Shown piece by piece: positions 37,647 through 47,729 of a stretch of 64,000 nt of DNA; positions within the stretch are counted from its first letter, which is position 1, and each line of letters starts with the position of its first letter. The DNA is from Sedimentisphaerales bacterium. Lineage in GTDB: Bacteria; Planctomycetota; Phycisphaerae; Sedimentisphaerales; Anaerobacaceae. Under the pieces are notes generated by a model that saw only the letters and a program-made list of their open reading frames with translations, was not told where the DNA came from and searched no databases. The position numbers were made by a program, and so were the translations under genes. Location of the stretch: positions 4,512,001-4,576,000 of the forward strand of contig OY970194.1 of the NCBI GenBank assembly GCA_963708075.1, written 5' to 3'.

Positions 37647-39883
37647 TCAGTAGTTCGAGCCGCATGTCTGGCGGTTGTCCGCAGGCTCGTAACTGAGCAG
37701 GTAGTGCGCGACATCCTCGACGCAGAACGTCGCGCGGGGCTGAATCTGCTTCCAGCAGATCACGTCCATCGTGGCCACACCCGATGCATCCGTGATGCGG
37801 GCTTTCCGCCCGATGACGTCCCCTGAGAAGCTGCCCGTCACCAGGGCGCCTTCGACGGGAGCGCCCCCGAATTCACGATGAGCACCCGGGCGATGACACG
37901 CTGCCACCCTGCTATTATGTAGGGGACCGTCTCGACCTCCACGGACGCCACGTGCAGTGTGGCCGTAGCGACGATATTGTTGACGAGGATGGCCACCTGC
38001 GAAGCATCCGTGACATTGCCGTCGCTGTCGGCAGCGCGGGCGTCGATGGTGTGATTGCCGTTGGGAACAGAGGTGGTGTCCCAGGAGAGCTCATAGTAAC
38101 CACTGGCCGGATTGTAGCCGGCGCGCCGCCATGCCCAGCCGTCGGTATTGATTTCGATAGTCAGCGTGCCGGTTGCGTCGCGGTCATCGGACGCCCGGAC
38201 CTGAATCGTTATCCGGCCGGTGACTATGCTGCCGTTGCGCGGGCTGGTGATTGCAGCGGTTGGAGCGTTATTGGCGGTCCCCACGGTCACCCGGATTTGG
38301 GCGACATTCGAGGCGTTGCCGGCCGTGTCCGTAGCCGAGGCCGTGATCGTGTGTTGTCCGCTCGCGGCCGTGCTTGTGTCCCAGGCAAGCTGGTGGTAGC
38401 CCGTGCTGCTGTTGTAGGCGGCCGTCCGCGAGCCGGTGGAGTCGATGCTGATCTGTACCCTCAGCCTGTCGGCCGAATCCTCGGCATCCCTGGCCTTGAT
38501 CTGGATGACGACAGTGCCGCTGACGGTGCTTCCATCGGCTGGATTCGCTATCGATACGGTCGGGGCATCGTTCGTCGGGGCTGCCTGGCCGGCCCAGCCG
38601 AGATTCTCAGGTCTGCGATCGGGCTCGACCGCCGATGCGGCCAGTCGCATGCCGCTGGCCTGGTTCATCCCGGCGTCGATCAGTGCCTGGCGAATCGCGT
38701 AGACGCCGGATGCGTTGGATGCCCGGCCGTGTTCGGCGATGTACAGGGCGACCAGTCCGGCGGCGTGCGGGGACGCCATGCTGGTGCCGCTGAGGGATCG
38801 GTAGCCGCCGCCCCGCCAGCAGGAGTAGATGTTGACGCCCGGCATCAGTAGATCGATGGCAGCCCCGGGCGAGTTCACCGGGTTGCCGCTGACGACACTG
38901 GCGCTGTAACTGCTGAAACCGGCAAAGGAGTCATCAGCACCGTAATTGGTGGAGGCCCCGAGGCCGCCGGGCCTGCCGTCGGAATCGGCCATCGCGGAGA
39001 TGGTCGCCACTTCCGGGTACGCCGCGGGAATGGTGTCATCGCTTGTGTTGAACACGCCATCACGGCCGTAGATGTCCGTGGCGCTGTTTCCCGCCGCGGC
39101 CACGTGCACCACGCCCGCCGCTACGCTGTTGCGGATCGCGGTGCGAAGGATGCTGCTGGTGCCCGTTGCGGCAAGGCTCATGTTCACCACTTCGATCGTG
39201 CCGGCGCGGGCGGTCACCCAGTCGATCCCGGCGATCAGGTCCGACACATAGCCGGAGCCCCGAGAATCGAGGACCTTCACCGCCCACAACCGCGCTCCGG
39301 GGGCCACGCCCACAAAGCCGAAGTTGTTGTCGATGGCGGCCGCAATGCCCGCGACGTGCGTGCCATGGCCGTTGTCATCGTCGTATCGGTCATCCTGGTA
39401 GGCCCGCCCCGTAAGCGCCGTATAGAAATGTCTTCCTCCGACGACTCTCAGGTCGGAGTGATCGATGTCGATGCCGGTATCGATGATGGCAATGTCCACA
39501 TTGAGCCGGTCGTCGAGGCCATCGATTTTCGTCGGTCCGTGTTTATCCATGTCGATGCGGTTGATCCCCGTCGGCAATGTCTGTGCGACGGCGTAGACCT
39601 TCACGTCGGGCTCCACCCGGAGCACGCCCGGAGAGCTGAGGATATCGCGAGCAGCCAGTCCTGCCGGAAGTCGAATGGAGAATCCGTTCATCGCCGTCGA
39701 GTAGACGTGGCCCAGGGTGCCGCTCATGCGCTGCGCCGTACTCTGGGCGAGCTGTGAGGCATTCGTCGATTGGGCCACCTGGACAATGTAGTTGTTGGTC
39801 GAAGCCTGCGGTTGCCCCGTTGAAACAGTCGCGGCCAACGCCGTACAAAACAGCACGATCCCTGCGGAATGCACCCCCACCAT
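37647..39883 (-). CDS. S8 subtilisin-like serine protease with propeptide and Ig-like repeats; one-base frameshift near the 3' end
   Basis: IIDTGID, HGTHVAG, AAGN and GTSMASPH; two PT..I..P..GS.V.G repeats; the tail GAPVEGALVTG..SNY resumes after a C5 run at 37864-37868. Confidence 0.9.
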
Positions 39884-40158
39884 ACCGTACCCCCCTTGCA
39901 TGACATGTGCAAATCGACCGGAGCGGCACCCTGACGCTCCTGATGACTGACTATGGCTTTGCTGAATCCAATGGGATGCCTGCTTCTCACCCCCACCGCC
40001 TTCGATCCCCCAAAATAAAGCTCATCACCATCATCCGATGCAAGCCGCGTCGAAGGCGGAAAGACCGTCCGGTATCGTACGCCGTCACGAACGCCGGATC
40101 AATGGCAAAAGAGAAAAGCGGGTGTCGTGTATTTCAAGGACACCGCAACCTCCGGCCA

Positions 40159-41604
40159 TCAATGAGGGGGCAGGGATTGTGTTGCATGTTTGACGATCTG
40201 ATCGATTTCTCTGACCAGAGACTCGTCCAGAGGCTCGAGCTGATGGGCGGCGAGGATGCCGTCCACATGCCGATACAGGCGGTCGGCAAAGGGGGCGCCG
40301 CCGTCAGTCCGCCACAGGTCGTATGGCTGGCGCGTCCACATCGGGCCGGGCAGCCACAACTCCTCGCGAAAATGCCGGACTGTATGTTCCTCGGCCAGGA
40401 AATTGCCTGCCGGGCCCACCGCGCGGACGACATCCGCGGCCAGGTGCTCATCATCGACGGTGAACCCTCGCGCGATCCGCTTTACGTAGCTCATCACCTC
40501 ATCATCGCACGCCAGCCAGAGTAGGCTGCCGGCGTGGTCCGTGCCGCAGATGCCGCAGTGGCCGAACGTATCCGCCCCGGCCAGCACGCCGAGCAGAAGT
40601 GTGGCCGCTTTCTCCGCGCCTGCCTGCGCGTCGAGCAATTTCGCGTCCGTCAGGCCAACATTGACGTATACGGGAAAGCCGTAGGAATGAGCGATCTGCA
40701 CCATTGCCACGGCCATCACGCCCTGCTCCGGTGAGCCGAACGAGCAGATGCCCGTCCGCGGGTCCATGATGTGAGGAATCCCTCCGTATGTGATCGGCGT
40801 GCCCGGCGCGAGCAACTGTGTGAGCACGACGCCTGCAAGGATCTCTGCGTTCTCCTGGGCCAGGGTGCCCGCCAGCGTGCCGGGGGCGGTGCCGGCGGTC
40901 ATCGCCATCGGGCCGATGCTCACGGGCTGGCCCGCCTGCGCGAACTCGCGAACAATGTCGAGGCCGTCCTTCGGCAACTGCAGCGGACTGATCGGTTCGA
41001 GAAACGCCTCGACCATCGGCTGGGCTCGCAGCGCGGCCTCCCCGCCGGCAACCGTACGGTAAATCTCGAGTATGTACCGGGCGGTAGCGCCGTTGCGGAC
41101 CCAGCAGCGCGTGGGCTTGCCGGTCCCCTTGACAAGCTCGGCAGTGAGGACAACGTCGCGACAGGCTTCCGAGATCGACTCCGGCTGAGCCATCGCCCCC
41201 ACAATAGTGATGTTGCTGAGGGCGTCGCCCAGGCGGATCGCGTCGCGCGTATCCTGAATCGTCGCGGGCCGGCGATCTCCCGTCTGAAGATCGATCCACG
41301 CATATTGTCCCGGACTGGACATCAGCACGAGATCGCCGTACCCAAAACGCGCCGTGCGCCGGCCGTCACGGCCGTAGAGCACATACTTCTTGCCGGCGCG
41401 GGCAACCGAGTCCAAGACGAGCTTTTCGCCGAGTCGTGCAGTCTTGTGCGCTGCGTCCACCTTTGCGCCGGCCTCGCCGAGCAGGCGCAGCATCTCCTCA
41501 TGATGCACCATGACCCCGGTGTCGCGCAGGATGGCGAAGCTGGCGTCCTGAATGGCCTTGACCTCGCGCTCCGACAGCATCTGCAACGATGGTATTCGCG
41601 CCAT
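40159..41604 (-). CDS. Trimethylamine methyltransferase (MttB) family protein, non-pyrrolysine
   Basis: ISPLQ, GTAPGTLAGTLAQENAEILAG, MDPRTG..SFGSPE, DAK.LDAQAG.E and VGPAGNFL; no internal amber codon. Confidence 0.9.
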   Translation of the reverse strand: MARIPSLQMLSEREVKAIQDASFAILRDTGVMVHHEEMLRLLGEAGAKVDAAHKTARLGEKLVLDSVARAGKKYVLYGRDGRRTARFGYGDLVLMSSPGQYAWIDLQTGDRRPATIQDTRDAIRLGDALSNITIVGAMAQPESISEACRDVVLTAELVKGTGKPTRCWVRNGATARYILEIYRTVAGGEAALRAQPMVEAFLEPISPLQLPKDGLDIVREFAQAGQPVSIGPMAMTAGTAPGTLAGTLAQENAEILAGVVLTQLLAPGTPITYGGIPHIMDPRTGICSFGSPEQGVMAVAMVQIAHSYGFPVYVNVGLTDAKLLDAQAGAEKAATLLLGVLAGADTFGHCGICGTDHAGSLLWLACDDEVMSYVKRIARGFTVDDEHLAADVVRAVGPAGNFLAEEHTVRHFREELWLPGPMWTRQPYDLWRTDGGAPFADRLYRHVDGILAAHQLEPLDESLVREIDQIVKHATQSLPPH

Positions 41605-41623
41605 GCTCAATCCCCCTAAAGAA

Positions 41624-41650
41624 TGGGACCCACAGGACACATCGGACCTA
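41624..41650. repeat. 9-bp tandem repeat, three units
   Basis: TGGGACCCA CAGGACACA TCGGACCTA starting at the stop of 41648..42745. Confidence 0.65.
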
Positions 41651-42745
41651 TACGGGTTTGAACCAGAGATCGATGGGTTTCTGCACTTTCTTCGGCCGGA
41701 AAGGCATCTCGACCTTCCTGCCTGTGCCTGCGGACTGGTAGCCGGCGAAGAGCACCTGCTGGACGAGCCGCCCGTCTTCGCCTGTGGCCTGGGGCTCCTC
41801 CTTGCCGCGAACGCACCGCGCGAAGTGATGCATCTCCTGCGGGAATCCGTAGTTCCACAGCTCGCCGAAGACGGGATAGCTCCAGCCCTTCGTCGTCGGG
41901 GCCTTTTCCACGGCGTACCCGTAGCCGTGCTCACTGAAGGTCGGCAGCGCATTGCCCATGTGCAGGTCCGCGTAGGTGACGCCGCCCTCGCCATAGACCT
42001 CGATGCAATCGTCCATGCCGCCCCGCCGGGCCCAGCTATCCTCGATCATACCCACGGCCCCGTTGGCGAACTCCAGGATGCAGATGGTGTTGTCCTCGCC
42101 TTTGGTCTTACCGCCGTGAACGTAGGTGCCCATCTGGCAATAGACGCTCTTGATTTGCGGCCGGCCCAGGAACCAGTAGCAGAAGGCGATGCCGTGACAG
42201 CCCATGTCCATGAACACCCCGCCGCCGGATTTCTCGACGTTCCAGAACCAGTCCGCGTGCGGGCCGAAATGCTTCTCGCTCTGCTTGACCAGGTACACCT
42301 TGCCGAACGCGCCCTGGTCGGCCATTTCCTTGGCCTTGACGTACTTCGGCGTGAAGTACAGCTCCTCGGCATACATCAGCAACACGCCCTTCTTCTTGCA
42401 TGTGTCGATCATCACATCCGCCTCCTCCAGCGTCATGCACAGAGGCTTCTCGCAGACGACGTGCTTGCCTGCATTGGCGATATCGACGGTCATCTGCGCG
42501 TGCAGATAGTTCGGAGCCGCGATCGTCACCATCTCGATGTCTTTCTCCGCGAGCATCTGCCGATAATCGGTGAAGACCCGCGGGATGTTGTATCTCTTGG
42601 CGAGCTTCTCCGCGTTGCCGGGCGTCGGCGAGACAATCGCCACCACTTCCGCCTCATCCGGCAGAATCCGGAACGATTCCGCGTGAATATCCGCCTCAAA
42701 CCGCGAGCCGATGATCCCGACCTTTACTCGTCCCTTGCTCGGCAT
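41648..42745 (-). CDS. Gfo/Idh/MocA oxidoreductase, cytoplasmic
   Basis: VGIIGS, APNYLH, CEKP and SGGGVFMDMGCH. Confidence 0.9.
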   Translation of the reverse strand: MPSKGRVKVGIIGSRFEADIHAESFRILPDEAEVVAIVSPTPGNAEKLAKRYNIPRVFTDYRQMLAEKDIEMVTIAAPNYLHAQMTVDIANAGKHVVCEKPLCMTLEEADVMIDTCKKKGVLLMYAEELYFTPKYVKAKEMADQGAFGKVYLVKQSEKHFGPHADWFWNVEKSGGGVFMDMGCHGIAFCYWFLGRPQIKSVYCQMGTYVHGGKTKGEDNTICILEFANGAVGMIEDSWARRGGMDDCIEVYGEGGVTYADLHMGNALPTFSEHGYGYAVEKAPTTKGWSYPVFGELWNYGFPQEMHHFARCVRGKEEPQATGEDGRLVQQVLFAGYQSAGTGRKVEMPFRPKKVQKPIDLWFKPV

Positions 42746-42767
42746 GACTGGTTAACCTCCCGAAACA

Positions 42768-42803
42768 CAGGTCCTATTCGTCCCATAGGTCCTATAGGTC
42801 CAC
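42768..42803. repeat. 9-bp tandem repeat, four units
   Basis: CAGGTCCTA TTCGTCCCA TAGGTCCTA TAGGTCCAC after the stop at 42809. Confidence 0.8.
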
Positions 42804-42808
42804 TTCGT

Positions 42809-44185
42809 CTACAGCGTCCATCCCTTACGATACTCATAGTGCAGGTACTGATTCGCCTCGGGCACGTTCGTGACTTTCAAATTCCTGCTGTCCCAGAGGA
42901 GCTTTCGGCCGCCCATGCGGACGCAAATCGTGCCGAGCAGCACTGCCTCGGTCAGCGGGCCGGCAAAGTCCGCGAAGTTCGACCGCGTCGGCGTGCCGTC
43001 CTTGCAGGCCTTGAGCCATTCGGCGTGGTGACCGATGGAGCGCGGCAGCGTCTTGGGCGGTCGCTTGTAGGCTTTCATCTTCGCTTCCGGGATCAGCCGG
43101 GGACTGTTTCCGCCCCAGCCTTCGACATACATCGTGCCCTTGTCGCCGACAAAGAGCAGCCCATCCTCGCGGGACAGCTCGCGGTCGTCCTCCAGCTCAG
43201 GCGGCCGGGGCGGGATCATGCCGCCGTCATACCAATGGAGTGTCACCGGCGCCATGTCGCCGCGAGCCGGGAACTCATAGTGCACTGTGGAGGCCAACGG
43301 GAGCGTCTCATTATTGAACAGGGTCGAGCTGGCGTTCACGCTCACCGGCGCCTCCAGCTTCAACGCGGACCAGACCGGCGCGAGGTTGTGGATGCCCATA
43401 TCGCCGAGCCCACCGGAACCGAAGTCCCACCAGCCGCGCCATGCGAATGGAGCATATGCCCGATGGTAGGGCCGATACGGCGCTGGGCCCAGCCACAGGT
43501 CCCAATCCATTGTCTCCGGAACCGGCGGCGTATCCGTGGGCCGGTCCACACCCTGGGCCCAGTACAGGGGCGGTTTGCCGCTATGCGTCGGCCGGTCGGA
43601 CCAGGCGTGCACTTCGCGCACCTGGCCGATGGCCCCATCCCAGAGCCACTCGTTGATCAGGCGGTTGCCCTCGAAGGCCATGCCCTGGTTGCCCATCTGC
43701 GTGGCGACCTTGGCCTCCCGGGCCGCCTTGCCAAGCGCGCGGGCTTCGTACACGGTTCGCGTCAGCGGCTTTTCGCAGTACACATGCTTGCCCAGCTTGA
43801 TCGCCATCATGCTCACGATGGCGTGATTGTGGTCGGGCGTGCCCACGACCACCGCGTCGATGCCCTTTTCCTTTTCGAACATGACGCGGAAGTCCTTGTA
43901 CTGTTTTGCCTTCGGGTACTCCTTGAACGTGTGGGCGGCATAGTCCCAATCCACGTCGCACAGGACGACGATGTTCTCGCTGCGAACATCGTTCAGGTCG
44001 CTGGCGCCCTGGCCGCCGATGCCGACACCGGCGATATTGAGCTTCTCGCTCGGCGGCGTATTCCCGGGCCCGCCCAAGACATGCCGGGGCACGATCGTAA
44101 ACGCCGCTGCCGCTGCGGCCGTGTTGCGAAGCAATGTTCGCCGAGTGACCCGATTCGTTCCCGCGCTCTTCCCAGAATCGCTCAT
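42809..44185 (-). CDS. Gfo/Idh/MocA oxidoreductase, Tat-exported
   Basis: TRRTLLR, GIGGQG, TPDHNH, CEKP and WRGWWDFGSGGLGDMG. Confidence 0.92.
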   Translation of the reverse strand: MSDSGKSAGTNRVTRRTLLRNTAAAAAAFTIVPRHVLGGPGNTPPSEKLNIAGVGIGGQGASDLNDVRSENIVVLCDVDWDYAAHTFKEYPKAKQYKDFRVMFEKEKGIDAVVVGTPDHNHAIVSMMAIKLGKHVYCEKPLTRTVYEARALGKAAREAKVATQMGNQGMAFEGNRLINEWLWDGAIGQVREVHAWSDRPTHSGKPPLYWAQGVDRPTDTPPVPETMDWDLWLGPAPYRPYHRAYAPFAWRGWWDFGSGGLGDMGIHNLAPVWSALKLEAPVSVNASSTLFNNETLPLASTVHYEFPARGDMAPVTLHWYDGGMIPPRPPELEDDRELSREDGLLFVGDKGTMYVEGWGGNSPRLIPEAKMKAYKRPPKTLPRSIGHHAEWLKACKDGTPTRSNFADFAGPLTEAVLLGTICVRMGGRKLLWDSRNLKVTNVPEANQYLHYEYRKGWTL

Positions 44186-44317
44186 ACACTCACCTTCCGC
44201 AAAGACTATCGTGACTGATGAATGACAACCGCCCGTGCAAGGGCATCGACGGCATTATGATACCTCATGCACCTGACAAGGTCCAACCTGTTCCATGCAG
44301 CAAGGGGAAGTGATTCC

Positions 44318-47300
44318 TTATGGGGTGTGAGTGCTTTGATTCGGTAGGTTGATGGCGGATTCTATGAACCCAACCGTGCCGTGGCCGATGCCGATTAGGC
44401 CATGAGGTGTGCTGACAAGCTGAAGCACTTCGCCATTGTCCAGAATCTTGCTGTCTACCGTCACGATCTGCTCCCGCATCGCCCCGCGTGGAATGATCGT
44501 GATCTGGCTCAAACCGGAGCGAATCCACAGCCTGTCGTCATGAATAACGGCGGTGGACAAATCCGTTTGCCCTGTGGAATGAGGCCCGAGCGACAACTGT
44601 CTGGACACGGACTCAGATATGAATGGCGCTTTGCGCCATTGCGCCGGCGCCGTCATTTCGCCCAGAGGTAACGAAACCCGGCAAGGTCTTCCCATGATCA
44701 ACTGCGCCTGCTGGGAGGCAGGGTCAAACTCCACCAAGGAGTACCAGTCCCGCAGCAGCAACCTGCCATCAGTGCCCGCCAGCCCGCTCATGACGGTGAT
44801 CCCGAGGTATGCCGGCTTTCGCCGCTTCGTATCCATGCACCAGAAGCCCCGGTAGTACTGCCTCTCTTGATCTTCAGAGCGTGGCCTGCCCACCATGACG
44901 TACGTGGCGAAATAGAGCCGGTCGGGAGGGACGGCCATCAGGCTGCTGATCCTATAGGTGTGCCCGGCATTGAAGGGCTCGTCATTCTTCAACGCACTGC
45001 AAAGAACGCTCTCCCAACGCCCCGTTGCAGGGTCATATAACCCAAGACCACTTTCGTTTCTCATCTGAGAGTGGGCGATCCACAACTTGTCGTCGTCCTC
45101 GACCATTCCCGTGACACCCGAAAACGGCAGACCATCCTTTTCCGTCAGGATGCGCGGGGACTCGAGGAACTGTCGGCTATCTGACAGGATTGCGTCGAAT
45201 CGTACAATCCCGCCCTTGTCCATCGCTACGTAGGCTGTATCTTCGATCAGGGCGATGCCTGTAATAGATGAGAGTGGTAAATCATACCCGCTCGGCGCGA
45301 GCGTCTGGCGCACGGAACGGACCCGCTGAGCCGTCAGGTCGATGACGGCCAGTCCCATCATGCGCTCGGCCTCCCATCCAAGTGTGTCAAACAGGAAGGC
45401 AACAAGCAGTGTATTACCTGCCACCTTCGCCTGGAGACCACCGCGCTCCCGGACTTGCGGGGACATGTTCATCTTCCGCTTTCTCGGCCAATCCTCGGCT
45501 CGCAGGAGCATCATGGCCCCGTGGCCGGTTTCCTTGCGAACAGGATTCGTCGAGAACTCCATCTTCCTGGCCTCGGAGAGCGAATCGCGCAGCCGTGTCA
45601 GCGCCTCGCCCACGAGAGGATCATCCGGTTTGCTCCGCAGGACCTCGGCTGCTTTCTCCAGAAGTTGCCGATACGGATTTTGTAAGTCAGGGTCACCGCC
45701 ATGGCTGTAGATCCCACTGTAACGGTTGCCCGGATCCCACAGGGCCAGATTGTGTGCATCCCGTGCCTCTATCAGAGGCCCATAAATCCTTTGCCAAATC
45801 ACGCTTCTTTCGTCCGCCCCGAAGCTGGCTCGTTCGAAGCACATCCTGTACTCCTCGCGGGCGTCCGCCTTCTGCTTATCTGAAAACGGCTCGTTAGGGC
45901 TTTTCAACTCTCCCAGGAGCACTTCCAGGGCTTTCCGGCACAGACGCTGTGCTTCTGTTCGATCCTGTCCCCCACCGGACGCGTGTTCCCACGACAGGGT
46001 GACCAGAGCATAGAACCTGACCAGGGGATCCCGTACTTCGGCCAAGCTCGTCTCATACTCTCGCCACAGGGCAAGAACCTCGTCGACAGCCGCACACAGG
46101 TGGCCGTTCTTCAGAGTCCCTCGGGAGAGCATGCGGTATTGCATGAAGAGCTGGCGGCAAATACGAGCCCTCTCGTCAGGGGACGTGACGATTCCGCCCA
46201 GTTCAAGGGGCATGGTCGCCCTGGCAAAGGATGTCTTCACATTCGCAATCACTTCCTTAGCGTCATCCGAGCTGACCCAGGCCAGCTTGGCTCCATTCAT
46301 GGGGTTGAGCGATGGCGATCCCGGCCTGATCTGCTGTTTATCCAATGCAGCGACCATGGTATTGTACCATATGCGCCGATTCACCCGGTTGATATCTCTA
46401 ACCGTTTCATTTGCGACGGACACGCGACTGGCCAGGTAACCCCGGGGTTGCCAGTCACACGCCAGCGCGTAAGCCCAGTTGTCCCAGACAGTCCGCACAG
46501 TCAGCGATCCGCGCTCGGAGCCGGCCTGAATCTGGCGGATGAGGACAGAGGCAAGTTCTGCCAACTGCAGATCGGAGTAGGTGGCCAGATTCTCGACAAA
46601 CAGACGACCCTCCGGGCTGGATCGAGCCCCCCATTCATTGCGGAACAACGCGCCCGTGTAATGGACGTTGTCGGGCTGCAACGCATGAGCTGCCTCGAAG
46701 GCCACGGTCGCCGCCGCATATCGACCGTGACTTCCGAGTAATCCTCCCTGTGCAAAGAACTCCTGGGCCTCACGAGCCGGTTCCCACTGCCCCGAAGAAG
46801 GCATATCGAGTAGGACCGGGACGATCCTCCGTGCCGCAGTCTCCACAGCGGTAAGGGGGAGATTCGGGTCCACCACCAGCGCGAGGGTGGACATCTCGTC
46901 GCCGCTGGCCCGGTGAAGTCGTAAACTCATTTCGATGCTCCTGTCTGCACCCGGCTGGATGTATCCGTCAATGAGCACGGCCGAGTTCCAGAAGGCCTCA
47001 TCCGGCCCTTCGGTGAGCTGCTTCTCTCGCAGCAGAGTGCCCAGGCTCTCCCGTTCCAGCATGATGATTCGTCGCTCTTTGCCCAGACGGGCGGAGAGCA
47101 ATCCCGGCAGCACGCGCGCCAGTGGCTCATACTTCTCCGGCAACTGCACGCGATGGATATCGACAATCCCCACCGGAATCGCCGGCCCATTGATCTGTGC
47201 GATTTTATCGACTGCGGTCCGGACCTTCTCAGCAATCTGTGTGGCGGCCGCCTCCACTTGCGATGCCTCCAGCGTCTCATAGCCTTCCCACAGCCGCAGC

Positions 47301-47680
47301 CCGTGTGCGGTCTCCGCCACCCGCACACGGACCAATCGGCTCTTCCCCTGCTCCGCCTTCGGCTCCTGCCCATCTTCCACCGAGAGCAACACAAACGCCT
47401 CCGCCCGCAGCAGTTGTCCCGCTTTGATGATGCTATCCCGGCTGGCAAGTCCGGCCGCGGACAATTGCTGCTCCTGCAAAACCCTGTCCAACTCGGCCCG
47501 TTCGACCAGCCGGATTCGTTCATCCTGGGACAATCGGACTTCGAGCAAGGAAACGCACGCGAGCACATCCGGAGCCGCATCTCTGCCGGCGATGACTGCG
47601 CATTTGACCTGGGTCTGGGCTGGGGCTGCCCCCCACAGGCACGAGACCGCAATCATACAAACGAACAGACGATTGATCAT
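44318..47680 (-). CDS. Large secreted protein with two CsgG-like domains, a helical region and a C-terminal propeller-like region
   Basis: Signal peptide; LVERAELDRVLQEQQL..GQLL.A and MLERESLGTLLREKQL; TPR-like helix pair; DGLP...VT....D...LW repeat. Confidence 0.7.
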   Translation of the reverse strand: MINRLFVCMIAVSCLWGAAPAQTQVKCAVIAGRDAAPDVLACVSLLEVRLSQDERIRLVERAELDRVLQEQQLSAAGLASRDSIIKAGQLLRAEAFVLLSVEDGQEPKAEQGKSRLVRVRVAETAHGLRLWEGYETLEASQVEAAATQIAEKVRTAVDKIAQINGPAIPVGIVDIHRVQLPEKYEPLARVLPGLLSARLGKERRIIMLERESLGTLLREKQLTEGPDEAFWNSAVLIDGYIQPGADRSIEMSLRLHRASGDEMSTLALVVDPNLPLTAVETAARRIVPVLLDMPSSGQWEPAREAQEFFAQGGLLGSHGRYAAATVAFEAAHALQPDNVHYTGALFRNEWGARSSPEGRLFVENLATYSDLQLAELASVLIRQIQAGSERGSLTVRTVWDNWAYALACDWQPRGYLASRVSVANETVRDINRVNRRIWYNTMVAALDKQQIRPGSPSLNPMNGAKLAWVSSDDAKEVIANVKTSFARATMPLELGGIVTSPDERARICRQLFMQYRMLSRGTLKNGHLCAAVDEVLALWREYETSLAEVRDPLVRFYALVTLSWEHASGGGQDRTEAQRLCRKALEVLLGELKSPNEPFSDKQKADAREEYRMCFERASFGADERSVIWQRIYGPLIEARDAHNLALWDPGNRYSGIYSHGGDPDLQNPYRQLLEKAAEVLRSKPDDPLVGEALTRLRDSLSEARKMEFSTNPVRKETGHGAMMLLRAEDWPRKRKMNMSPQVRERGGLQAKVAGNTLLVAFLFDTLGWEAERMMGLAVIDLTAQRVRSVRQTLAPSGYDLPLSSITGIALIEDTAYVAMDKGGIVRFDAILSDSRQFLESPRILTEKDGLPFSGVTGMVEDDDKLWIAHSQMRNESGLGLYDPATGRWESVLCSALKNDEPFNAGHTYRISSLMAVPPDRLYFATYVMVGRPRSEDQERQYYRGFWCMDTKRRKPAYLGITVMSGLAGTDGRLLLRDWYSLVEFDPASQQAQLIMGRPCRVSLPLGEMTAPAQWRKAPFISESVSRQLSLGPHSTGQTDLSTAVIHDDRLWIRSGLSQITIIPRGAMREQIVTVDSKILDNGEVLQLVSTPHGLIGIGHGTVGFIESAINLPNQSTHTP

Positions 47681-47729
47681 TATGCTTTCTCCCTCTGCAG
47701 GCCGTTTGATCGGGACACCGGAGGCGATG

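Noticed and set aside
37860..37870. Phase variation or programmed frameshifting at the protease C5 run
   Set aside because: A five-base run is too short for a typical contingency locus and is not a canonical slippery site; an indel error is simpler
40159..41604. Pyrrolysine recoding in the MttB-family gene
   Set aside because: The ORF is open throughout with no in-frame TAG, and no pyl genes are present
41552..44218. 888-aa plus-strand ORF, and similar long antisense ORFs such as 32084..34243 and 62186..63772
   Set aside because: Shadow frames of well-supported opposite-strand genes in GC-rich DNA, with no recognisable motifs
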